37,846 nt of DNA from Octopus bimaculoides. Lineage: Eukaryota. The stretch covers positions 56,209,336-56,247,181 of the forward strand of contig NC_068988.1 in NCBI RefSeq assembly GCF_001194135.2. Reading direction: 5' to 3'. The translations under genes were made by a program, and so were the position numbers. Of this stretch, positions 1-10,300 are shown piece by piece. The notes under the pieces are model-generated. The model did not search any database. It worked only from the letters and a program-made list of their open reading frames with translations, and was not told the DNA's origin. Position 1 is the first letter of the stretch. Each line of letters begins with the position of its first letter.

Positions 1-40
1 AATTTCAGGCCTTGTACCCTATACTAGAAAGGATTATTAC
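1..40 (+). mobile_element. 3' end of a preceding S1 SINE copy
   Basis: AATTTCAGGCCTTGTACCCTATACTAGAAAGGATTATT matches the 3' end of the other S1 copies. Confidence 0.75.
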
Positions 41-49
41 TATTTTTAT

Positions 50-290
50 GGCGACGAGCTAGCAGAATCGGTAGCGCACCGGGCAAATACTTAGCGGCGT
101 TTCGTCCGTATCAACGTTCTGAGTTCAAATTTCGCCGACGTCGATTTTGCCTTTCATCCTTTCAGGGTTGATAAATTAAGAACCAGTGAAACACTGGGGT
201 CGATGTTGTCAATTAGTCCCCACCCCCCGCCAAATTTCAGGCCTTGTACCTTTAGTAGAAAAGATTCTTCTTCTTCTTCTTATTATTATT
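50..290 (+). mobile_element. tRNA-derived SINE family S1 (octopus OR-like), full-length copy with (TTC/ATT)n tail
   Basis: Head GGCGACGAGCTAGCAGAATC with A-box-like and B-box-like (GAGTTCAAAT) motifs, body GACTTTGCCTTTCATCCTTTCGGGGTCGATAAA, 3' end AATTTCAGGCCTTGTACC..AGTAGAAAAGATT. Near-identical copies recur across the window. The family name is from recall. Confidence 0.85.
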
Positions 291-400
291 CTACCGTGGT
301 TGACTTTGCCTTTTCTATCCTTTCGGGGTCGATGGAATAAGTAGTAGATAGAGCACTGAAATCTTTAAGCCTTGTGCCTAAAGTAGATAGGATTATTGTT
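291..400 (+). mobile_element. S1 SINE partial copy (5'-truncated, internally deleted)
   Basis: TTGACTTTGCCTTT..CCTTTCGGGGTCGAT and GCCTTGTGCCTAAAGTAGATAGGATTATT. Confidence 0.7.
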
Positions 401-668
401 ATATTTGAATGAAGACATGTAGCCTGGTGATTAGAATGTTTTGGCTCGGGAGTTCAATTACTCAACCGGCAGCGGGTTGTCCCCATACCAAGTGATATTA
501 TTTTACTCTGCTCGAGTCTACTCGTATTCAATTGACAACCAATACAAACTATGCAAGACCCTCTGAAGGCAAAATGTTGAGGTTGATAAATTATAATGCC
601 TATGTCGTTCTTGTTTTAATCAACTGTTGCCCGTAGCCGACATTTTATGGCCTTGATTTATTACAAAA

Positions 669-669
669 A

Positions 670-753
<84 letters not shown>
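669..753. repeat. (ATT)n microsatellite
   Basis: Direct reading. Confidence 0.95.
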
Positions 754-754
<1 letters not shown>

Positions 755-770
755 GTAGTAGTATTATTAA

Positions 771-1399
771 GGCGGCGAGCTGACAGAATCACTTGCACGG
801 CGGGCGAAATGCTTANNNNNNNNNNNNNNNNNNNNNNNNNNNNNNNNNNNNNNNNNNNNNNNNNNNNNNNNNNNNNNNNNNNNNNNNNNNNNNNNNNNNN
901 NNNNNNNNNNNNNNNNNNNNNNNNNNNNNNNNNNNNNNNNNNNNNNNNNNNNNNNNNNNNNNNNNNNNNNNNNNNNNNNNNNNNNNNNNNNNNNNNNNNN
1001 NNNNNNNNNNNNNNNNNNNNNNNNNNNNNNNNNNNNNNNNNNNNNNNNNNNNNNNNNNNNNNNNNNNNNNNNNNNNNNNNNNNNNNNNNNNNNNNNNNNN
1101 NNNNNNNNNNNNNNNNNNNNNNNNNNNNNNNNNNNNNNNNNNNNNNNNNNNNNNNNNNNNNNNNNNNNNNNNNNNNNNNNNNNNNNNNNNNNNNNNNNNN
1201 NNNNNNNNNNNNNNNNNNNNNNNNNNNNNNNNNNNNNNNNNNNNNNNNNNNNNNNNNNNNNNNNNNNNNNNNNNNNNNNNNNNNNNNNNNNNNNNNNNNN
1301 NNNNNNNNNNNNNNNNNNNNNNNNNNNNNNNNNNGCACTGGGGTCGATATAATCGACTTAATCCCCTCCCCAAGCTGCCCTTGTGGCAAAAACTTGAAA

Positions 1400-1455
<56 letters not shown>

Positions 1456-1456
1456 G
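771..1456 (+). mobile_element. S1 SINE sequence on both sides of the 816-1334 gap (5' head before, 3' part and (ATT)n tail after)
   Basis: GGCGGCGAGCTGACAGAATC at 771; CACTGGGGTCGAT..CCCCTCCCC..CCTTGTGGCAAAAACTTGAAATCATT after the gap. The gap is longer than one copy, so more than one copy may be hidden. Confidence 0.7.
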
Positions 1457-1732
1457 TTGTTGTTGTTAGTCGGTGAACAAGGTTGCCTCTGCAGCATTAC
1501 AGGCCCCTGGGTACAGTAATATAATGGGCTCCTACATTACACAAGTTGCATGTATACTACAGTATGTATAGATTTGCATTGAGTCCCAAAACCAGTGATG
1601 ATCCTGGATAGCTGCCGTGCCTGTCCATGCCTTGGCTGCTCTGGTAGAGGCTGATGTAACCTCTAGAGCAGTATTAATTAAAGCTTTTTACTAACTCCAC
1701 CCCATAACTTTTTGGCCGTAAGAAATTATTTG

Positions 1733-2127
1733 AGATCGACTTTACCTTTCATCGTTACAGGGTCGATAAATTAAGTACCAGTTGTGTACTGGGCTCGATG
1801 TGATCCACTAGTCTCTCCCCCAAAATTTCAGGCCTTGAGCCTATAATAGAAAGGTTTATTATTATTATAAAGGCGGCGAGCTGGCAGAATCGTTAGTGCG
1901 CCGGACAAAATGCTTAGCGGCATTTCGTCTATCTTTATGTTCTGAGTTCAAATTATACCGAGGTCGAATTTGCCTTTTATCCTTTCGGGGTCGATAAATT
2001 AAGTACCAGTGAAACACTGGAGTCAGTGTAATCGACTTATCCCCTCCCCAGAAATTTCAGGCCTTGTGCTTATAGTAGAATGGATTATTATTATTATTAT
2101 TATTATTAGTAGTAGTAGTAGTAGTAT
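1733..2127 (+). mobile_element. Two head-to-tail S1 SINE copies (partial 1733-1868, full 1872-2127)
   Basis: Same head, body and tail motifs as 50-290, joined by a short ATT run. Confidence 0.85.
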
Positions 2128-2329
2128 AACACTTACTGAAATTCTAATGTAAAAACTGCAAATTTGCAAATGTTCCTAAAACTTGCCTCGTATCTATTTA
2201 TGTATTTTTCTTTGAGATACACATCTTCCCTTCGTTCTCTGTATTTAACCGCATGGCTGAAATTTACTATAACATCTGAACAATTTATAAATGTGAATAT
2301 ATGTAATACATTACTAAAGTTGATCAAAG

Positions 2330-2475
2330 CTATGGAATGGCAGAATCGTTAGAGCGTCGAGCAAAATGTATTGCGGTGTTTGTTCCGACTGTTTTTTCTT
2401 CTGAGTTTAAATCCCATCGATATTTGCTTTGTTTAACCGTTTGTCCTTCCAAAGTTAAACGCGGGGATCGGCTTA
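2330..2475 (+). mobile_element. S1 SINE 5' part, degenerate
   Basis: TGGCAGAATCGTTAGAGCGTCGAGCAAAATG..TTCTGAGTTTAAAT. Confidence 0.6.
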
Positions 2476-2478
2476 AAC

Positions 2479-2700
2479 CAGTAGTTCTCAACCAGGTTCA
2501 TATTGACTCTAGAGGTCTATATAAGATTTTTGGTGGTCGACACAGGCAAAATAGTAAATTGGGGATCCACAGTAGTATGTTAAGTATCCATTAAAAAAAC
2601 ATTGTTTTCGATGCATTTATTGCAAGAAACAGCTAGGTTTCTTTCTCTAATGTTTTATATAATTTAACATCTTCTCTCGGAGTAGTGTTGCAAACCTATA
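2479..2700 (+). mobile_element. hAT (Charlie-like) non-autonomous element, left end
   Basis: Starts CAGTAGTTCTCAACC, which resembles the CAGTGGTTCTCAA terminus of Charlie-type hAT elements. No right terminus is visible before the adjacent SINE. Confidence 0.5.
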
Positions 2701-2722
2701 CAAATGAACGAATTGGCAATTT

Positions 2723-3035
2723 GTCGGTTCCGACGATGAGGGTTGCAGTTGATCCGATCAACGGAACATCCTGCTCATGAAATTATAGTACAATTGGCTG
2801 AGCACTCCACAGACACGCGTACCCTTAATGTAGTTCTCAGGGAGAGTCAGCGTGACACAGAGTGTGACAAGGCTAGCCCTTTGAAATACAGGTACTACTC
2901 ATTTTCTTCCAGTTGAGTGGACTGGAGCAACGTGAAATAAAGTGTCTTGCTCAAGGACATAACGTGTTACTTGGAATTGAACTCATACCCTTACGATCGT
3001 GAGCCGAATACCCTAACCACTAAGCCAGGCATCTT
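2723..3035 (-). mobile_element. tRNA-derived SINE family S3 (Meta-domain-like), near full-length
   Basis: Minus strand: GCCTGGCTTAGTGGTTAGGG (A box), GAGTTCAATTCC (B box), then TGTCCTTGAGCAAGACACTTTATTTCACGTTGCTCCAGTCCACTC. The central block recurs at 6192 and 17741. Confidence 0.75.
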
Positions 3036-3334
3036 CACACAAGTGAACGAGGGAAAAACAAAATAGGAATTTTGGAAGATGTATCTATGAAACTAATTTT
3101 TAAAAATATAATGGCTATGGGAATCCATCAGAATAAAATAGTAATAAAAGGGGCTAAGAAGTAGAAAATTAGTTGGGAACTACTGTTGAAACGATTAAAC
3201 CCCTCTACCAAATTTGTGACATTGTATTTATAGAGCAAAAAGGGCGAGGATTGCGCGACTCGCAAGAGTAAATAAAGTACTAGCCACATAGTAGTCAGTT
3301 TAATACGAATCTTTAAGTTCTGGGATGAAATGTC

Positions 3335-3705
3335 GCCCAAATCAACTGCCTTTCATCCCTTCGAGCCGATAAAATATATTACTGAAGTTCTGAGATTGAT
3401 TTAACCGACAAACTCTCTACCACAAATTTCTGGCTTGGGATCATAAATTTGAGGTAGGCACAATCATTATTATGGTTAATAAAGGCAATGGACTGGCAGG
3501 ATTGTGACAGCATCAGAAAAAAATGTCATACGATTTTTGTTCCAAATCATTACATTCTGAGTTCAACTCATGCGAAGACGACTTTGCCTTTCAGCCTTTG
3601 GATGTCGATAAAATAAGTACCAGTCAAGTACTGGGTCGATGTAATCGACTCACCCACTCAACTGAAAATTTGTTGATTATTCCATAATTTGAAAACATTA
3701 AGTAA
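3335..3705 (+). mobile_element. Two degenerate S1 SINE copies
   Basis: ACTGCCTTTCATCCCTTCGAGCCGATAAA (about 3345) and GACTGGCAGGATTG..TTCTGAGTTCAA..GACTTTGCCTTTCAGCC..GTACCAGTCAAGTACTGGGTCGATGTAATCGACT (3490-3650). Confidence 0.7.
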
Positions 3706-4074
3706 ATTAAACGTAATTAAGTATAGTAATGAAGTGAGAACTGCCATCTCATTAGCTGATGAACATATTTATTTTATAAATACCGAAAGGTCAAATTACC
3801 ATCGACCTGATTCGAACTCGAAACGTAAATATGAACGCAGGTAAATGTAGCGAAACTTTAGCCCGACGCTCTACCGACTCTCCCAGTCCACAATCTCCGT
3901 CATATTAAGCGTAAGAATGAGATGCTCTCTATAAACTAACGAATTCCTCATCTCTGTATCATTGTCATTATAATCGATCTTATATCGGATCTTATTTTTG
4001 AGGTGTAATTGCAATTCATGAAGAAGGTAAGCGTGTTAGCATATGCGTGAGGGTGTATATATGAGTTTCATGTG

Positions 4075-4953
4075 TGCATGAACTACGTGGTTAAGCAGCT
4101 CGCTTTGCAACCACGTGGCTTCGGATTCAGTTACACTGCGCGGCATCTTGGGCATGTGTCTGGGACGACCAATAGTTTGTGAGTGAATTTGGTTGACGGA
4201 AACTGTGTGAAAACCTGTCGTGTATATATATATATATATATATATNNNNNNNNNNNNNNNNNNNNNNNNNNNNNNNNNNNNNNNNNNNNNNNNNNNNNNN
4301 NNNNNNNNNNNNNNNNNNNNNNNNNNNNNNNNNNNNNNNNNNNNNNNNNNNNNNNNNNNNNNNNNNNNNNNNNNNNNNNNNNNNNNNNNNNNNNNNNNNN
4401 NNNNNNNNNNNNNNNNNNNNNNNNNNNNNNNNNNNNNNNNNNNNNNNNNNNNNNNNNNNNNNNNNNNNNNNNNNNNNNNNNNNNNNNNNNNNNNNNNNNN
4501 NNNNNNNNNNNNNNNNNNNNNNNNNNNNNNNNNNNNNNNNNNNNNNNNNNNNNNNNNNNNNNNNNNNNNNNNNNNNNNNNNNNNNNNNNNNNNNNNNNNN
4601 NNNNNNNNNNNNNNNNNNNNNNNNNNNNNNNNNNNNNNNNNNNNNNNNNNNNNNNNNNNNNNNNNNNNNNNNNNNNNNNNNNNNNNNNNNNNNNNNNNNN
4701 NNNNNNNNNNNNNNNNNNNNNNNNNNNNNNNNNNNNNNNNNNNNNNNNNNNNNNNNNNNNNNNNNNNNNNNNNNNNNNNNNNNNNNNNNNNNNNNNNNNN
4801 NNNNNNNNNNNNNNNNNNNNNNNNNNNNNNNNNNNNNNNNNNNNNNNNNNNNNNNNNNNNNNNNNNNNNNNNNNNNNNNNNNNNNNNNNNNNNNNNNNNN
4901 NNNNNNNNNNNNNNNNNNNNNNNNNNNNNNNNNNNNNNNNNNNTGATTATAAA

Positions 4954-5009
<56 letters not shown>

Positions 5010-5225
5010 GTGCATGTGTCTGTCTGTCAGTGTTGTAGAGAGGAGGTTTTGTGTCTGTGTTTGTCACACCCATCCACGTTTCACAACCGGTAGGTTTGTT
5101 TACATTTTCTATAAAAATTACCGATAGGATTAGTATCGGACTAAGAAAACAACTGAGTATCGGCGTCGATTTATTCAAGCAGTGTCCAGCATGGCTGCAG
5201 TCCAATGAGTGAAACATGAAAAAGA
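4075..5225 (+). mobile_element. SINE family S2 (CORE-like), 5' half before and 3' half after the 4246-4943 gap
   Basis: GTGGTTAAGCAGCTCGCTTTGCAACCAC..GGCATCTTGGGCATGTGTC..TTTGTGAGTGAATTTGGTTGACGGAAACT, then ACAACCGGT..CAGCATGGCTGCAGTCCAATGA. The architecture matches the uninterrupted copy at 22424-22785. Confidence 0.7.
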
Positions 5226-5717
5226 TTTTTAAAATGAATAGATGATTTCTGTAAAACTCAAAATGAGATTGTGAAATCGATGTGCTTGCACACCACTTTG
5301 GGCAAGTAGATTCCACGATATATCTTTAAGGTTTACTAGTGAATTTTGGTTAGTTAAAAGTGCGCGGAAAGCCCACTAAATAAGATGCAGATGTACTTCA
5401 AAGGTCCAGGTGTTTAACACGCAGTGTTATCTAGATGTAGATTCTGTTTGAGGATTATACTAAGGGTATATTGCTATGTGAAATTCTCAGCCATTTATAC
5501 GATTATACAATGCAAAGGTAGTTCAGTTGATTAAATCACTGGAATACTCATCGTCTAGACCGAGGTGGGACCTAATTACAATATAGCCTACAAGTAAATA
5601 TGTGGATATATGCATGTGAATGGTGTGGCTGGAAAATTCAAAAGTGTAAATGTGAGTGTGTATGTGATGTGTACATATAGGAGCGTGAACGTATGCGCGG
5701 ACTTCAAAGTAACTTAC

Positions 5718-5772
5718 AAATAGGGATAACTGGTGACTTTGATAATACCGAACTTCCGCTTTCTCTGAATGA
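5718..5772 (-). CDS. Candidate 55-nt internal exon
   Basis: Acceptor TTCTTTTTGCTCTGCAG and donor TTT|GTAAGT. All three frames are open, e.g. IQRKRKFGIIKVTSYPY. Confidence 0.25.
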
Positions 5773-6191
5773 CTGCAGAGCAAAAAGAACGAATATATTA
5801 TTTTAAATCGCACACTGGTGTAATAAATAGCAGCAATTGATTTAATTATTTTATTAATGCAGGCAAAAGTATCCATGAACGATTATTCATTACTGCTTAT
5901 TAGCAATGTGGGCTTGGGCAGTATTGGCATTGGGTACTTCGCATTTTGCTGAGAGTGAGTATAAATGATGGAATCATATAAAAACTTATTCTACATTGCC
6001 TCCTCACATGTGTCACCATGTTTCTAGCTCATCTTTTCTCCTTCTTATAGTCAGTCAAAGGAAGGGTTTCCCATGACCTCTTTATGCCTTTTGTTGTTTA
6101 ACCCTGTGGGTATATATACACGCACACGTGTGTATGTGCGTGTATACCCACAGGGTATATAGTGTGATAACTAATACGTGTGTGTGTGTGT

Positions 6192-6405
6192 AGGTGCGTG
6201 GCTTAGTGGTTACTGTGTTGCATTCATGGTCGTAAGATTCCTGGGCCATAAGGTGCTGTGTGTTCTTGAACAAAGCACTTCATTTCACGTTGCTCCAGTC
6301 CACTCTGGTGGCAAAAATGATTAATGCTGCGATAGAAGCTGCGATGAACCGTCCGCAGATTCGGAAACCGACCCTATAAGTCTATGCCACAAGAAGGACA
6401 TTTGA
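6192..6405 (+). mobile_element. S3 SINE copy with a different 3' tail
   Basis: GGTGCGTGGCTTAGTGGTT..GATTCCTGG..TGTTCTTGAACAAAGCACTTCATTTCACGTTGCTCCAGTCCACTC. Confidence 0.75.
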
Positions 6406-6409
6406 TACG

Positions 6410-6454
<45 letters not shown>

Positions 6455-7819
6455 ATATTGAAGACACGACTGTATTCGAATTTAAGGATAATAAAGCAAT
6501 AATGATTTTAATGGTGGAACTCGAAGTAGATAAGGCTATAAATAATAACATGTAGAATACGAGGTTGAAATACTTTTGGATGGAAAAATTGTCGAAGCGT
6601 TATTAAAAACAATGTTTACTTCATATACCTCTCGAAGTTCTACAACATAAACGTCTGAGAGTTCTCGCTAGTAAGAACTAAACTTCTAAGAGAGGTGGAG
6701 GAAATTTAGTGGTGCTCTGGTATAAAAGTTAGAACGTCGGTTATGTTTATACAAAACGTGGGTTTGTGTCCCATCAACAAACTTTGACTTTCTTTCTATC
6801 CAATGGGTATTTTGAACTCAACATTATACCCGCTATTATTTATAGCATTATCTACTTCAGAGTTTCACCGTCAAAATAAGAAAGTAATTCACTTCATATC
6901 TCTCAAAGCTCCTAAATTCTTATAATGTAAATATCTTTATCAAATAATCATTCTCAAATTTTCTTATCAGTTTTTTTATATTTAGTTTGGGATAATAGGG
7001 TATCTACAAGATCTTTTTGGTGTAATAGTCAGAGTGAATTGGTAGTTGTAACGTATTATCGGTGCGTTTTGCAATAGGCAATAAAGGATTGTAGGAAGAG
7101 TATTATAACTAATAAAATTAGCGTCGCTCATTCAAAGTCTATCATGATATTCTAATGACGAGGCGAAAACTGGTCTTTAAACTTTTAAATGTTAAAGGAT
7201 GTAGAAAAGTTATTGTTTGAAACTAAACATAAGAATAAATAAGGGAATGGGAAAATCTCCAATTTAAAAAATATATGAACATTAAACTTGAATGCAGTCG
7301 CATTTGAAAAGTTAAGATCCGATCCCACATCATAACACCTGAAAGAATAAAAGACAAAAAAAAAGGGTAAAACAACAAAAAAAAAACAGCGAAAAATCGG
7401 TGTTCCTAACTCATTACGCATAGAAACCAAATCCAATTTTTCAACGCTCTGAAAATTCGTTCAATCAACCGCCATTTTTATGTATATGCGAATGTATGTA
7501 TGTATACATACGTGTGTCTGTGTCTGTATGTGTGTGTATGTGCGCGTGCGCACGTATCTATATGCAGTGAGAGAAAAAGAGGAAGTGATAGAGAGATAGA
7601 GAGGGATAATGAAAATTAAGTGTCAAATGATACACATTACTTTATCACGAAATATTGTTACGTGACCAGTCAGACAGAAATTTTATTTATAACCTTTCAT
7701 GGGTCAATAGATTGCCCCTTCAGCTCGGTGTAACATCATACTTCAGCTCTAATCAAGGGGAACACTCATAAACACAAAATGCGTATAATTATGCACGAAA
7801 CGGGAGTAGATATATAAAT

Positions 7820-7835
7820 ACACACACATACACAC

Positions 7836-7903
<68 letters not shown>
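7820..7903. repeat. (CA)n microsatellite
   Basis: Direct reading. Confidence 0.95.
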
Positions 7904-7906
<3 letters not shown>

Positions 7907-8039
7907 GCCTGCTTGTGTGGACAGCAGGTAACATCATCCGAAAGCTACAATAATGCAATGAAATGCACTGTGGTAAGCGGTGTATAGCAACTACCGCTAA
8001 TCTAGTCGATGAAGGTGCGCATGTGTGAGTGTTTAATAT

Positions 8040-8400
8040 GGTGGACATAACGCACCACCATCCAGGATTTGCACTGACTCTGTGGTTTCGTTCGTGGACC
8101 GAGCAGCGTACTTAAGCAAGGTGCTTCAGTTCTTAAGCAAGGTGTCCTTAGACAAGGTACTTCACTTCACTTTGCCCCGGTCGATTCAGCTGAAAGCGTG
8201 AACTAGCCGACTGCGAGTGCAGCTCTATCTCCCACCTACTATCACGTCCTTGATATTCACCTAAGTTAAAAGCAGGAAGGCCAAAAATCTGCTTTTGCCT
8301 TCTCGCAACACCCGCTCTCAGCCCTTCCACCCTCGATCCAGCGAAACAAGACTTGAGGAAGGGCTGGCTGCATTTTCTAGCAGTGGTTCGGTCACTGATT
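8040..8400 (+). mobile_element. Degenerate S3-like SINE with a triplicated CTTAAGCAAGGTG motif
   Basis: GTCCTTAGACAAGGTACTTCACTTCACTTTGCCCCGGTCGATTCAGCTG resembles the S3 central block. The motif recurs at about 8111, 8132 and 8147. Confidence 0.45.
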
Positions 8401-8449
8401 CCATACTGATACAGCCGGTGTAGAAATGCTATCTTTCACAATCTGCACC

Positions 8450-9180
8450 TTTCTACATCTAGTTTCAGTTCCGAGTCTCGTCGCCGATCGATACACAACC
8501 ATCCCATGCAATTCTTTATCTCTTTCTCACCTTCAAATAATATCTTCATCAAACCATCACCGTCTCTGCACCTTTCATGTCGTCTGGTCATTGTCTCATT
8601 TTGAATACCCACCGCACATTTGTAAAATGAAAAAATGACCCTCTCCTCTCAGATCCCTTGGCACTTCGAGCGGATATGGGATGATTTTAACTATGCCCTT
8701 ACGTATGTGTCTCTCTGCGTCTGCACACACAACCTAAACTCAATGTAACACAACGGATTGCTGTTCCTACATTTGAGACGGTGTTACTGTTATGCACGCA
8801 AGCATTCTAGAACGCATTTATAAAAAGCTCACGTGGCGGCAAAATATCTCTCACTAGCACTCATCAGTCGTTGGTTCACACGTGTATTCCTTCCCCTCTT
8901 TGCCTTTTCTATAACAATTTCAGATGTAGGCTTCGTATCTCATCAGCACAGGTACTCCCAACTTTATCGTTTCTCTTCCTAGTCTCCGTTGTATTGTTAC
9001 CGCTACCCCAGCTTCCACACAAACTACTGCAGCCAGCCTGTCCTTCCTAAAACAACATTCCTTTGGATTTCCCTACTTGTACATGCTTTGTCTGCAGCCC
9101 TCAACATCAGTTGTTCCAGAAGATCCTACCAGTCTCGGGAAGTGGGGAAATGACAGGATGAAATTCCTTCCTCTATACCA
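8450..9180 (-). mobile_element. Degenerate LINE ORF2 fragment, apurinic-endonuclease region (CR1/L2/Jockey-like)
   Basis: Hand translation of the minus strand with frameshifts gives CCFRKDRL..AGVAVTIQRRL (cf. FRKDR..GGGVAVYI), THTRKG and WFDED, in the order expected for a LINE endonuclease and linker. It contains multiple stops. Confidence 0.55.
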
Positions 9181-10196
9181 AAATAAATTTTTAAGTGTAT
9201 GTGAAATTCATTGTTTTGCATGTGTGTTTGTGTGTGCATTGGAGCGAATCCTGGATTAAAATTGTTGGTGGGTGATGCAATTTAGTAACAGAAATACTCA
9301 CAAAAATAAAGATAATTAGTTATTCATATACAGGGTAACATACAACCTTTCATCGAAATTTGGCGGGAGAGGTCACCACTTGATTCCTAGTTGCATTCAC
9401 CGTGTACGTGTATATATGTGTGTGTGCGCGTTAGATGCAAGGACATTAGATATCAAAAATAACCAAAAAGAACAAAATTTAACAAATATGGTGTTAGTTT
9501 CACGATTAAGACGGAGAAAAATGTGTCTTAACGTTTTGGATGTTAGTTCTTCGTCAAAAAAAAAAAAGACATAGAAAAACAGATAAGAAGAGTGAAAAAG
9601 AGCTGTGAGTGTGTGGACACAGGAGGAAGGTGAACGGTTAAAAATCATAGGCAAAACTGTTGTATGAGCGAGTTAAGACAGATTAAAAGGTGGATGTATA
9701 GATGCATATATCAGTAGGTATCTCTGTTTGATGCAGGCATAAAGAGAATTGTGTGTGTGTGTGTGTATTAGAGCTGTGTATGTATGTGTAAGTATGGTGA
9801 CATTTGTTAGTGAGGTTGGGTTTGCATACAATTGGTAGGTGGGTCTTAGGAAAGCGCGTATGTGAGAATGTGAGATCGTGTATAGTGGAGTGGGGAATAA
9901 AGGAAGCAGTGAAAAATACTCTCACTGTTTCCTGTATCGGAAGTGGCAGATCTCGCCCGAGCATGTTGCTGGCTGCAAGTACATCACTGATAAAACCCAA
10001 CAAGGGTATCTGGCATTCTCGCTAGCCCCTGCCAGCACGATTGTTCGTCTCCTTCCAATATACATTGTATTGTCAAGCACAGCGCGTCTATAAGTGTTTT
10101 TTTTATTTATCTCGAACGAAAACTGCAGTAACTTGCCTGTCATTAGTTTATACACATTAAGTATGACACATAGATTGCTATGATACGTGTGGGCGT

Positions 10197-10300
<104 letters not shown>

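Noticed and set aside
50-135. tRNA genes at SINE heads (also 1872, 6192, 16104, 17741, 24008)
   Set aside because: A/B-box-like motifs continue into SINE bodies and tails, and I could not fold a convincing cloverleaf.
9804-10093. ORFs 9804-10025 and 9878-10093 as exons
   Set aside because: The core is a dispersed repeat also present at 37632-37735, with no recognisable protein motif.
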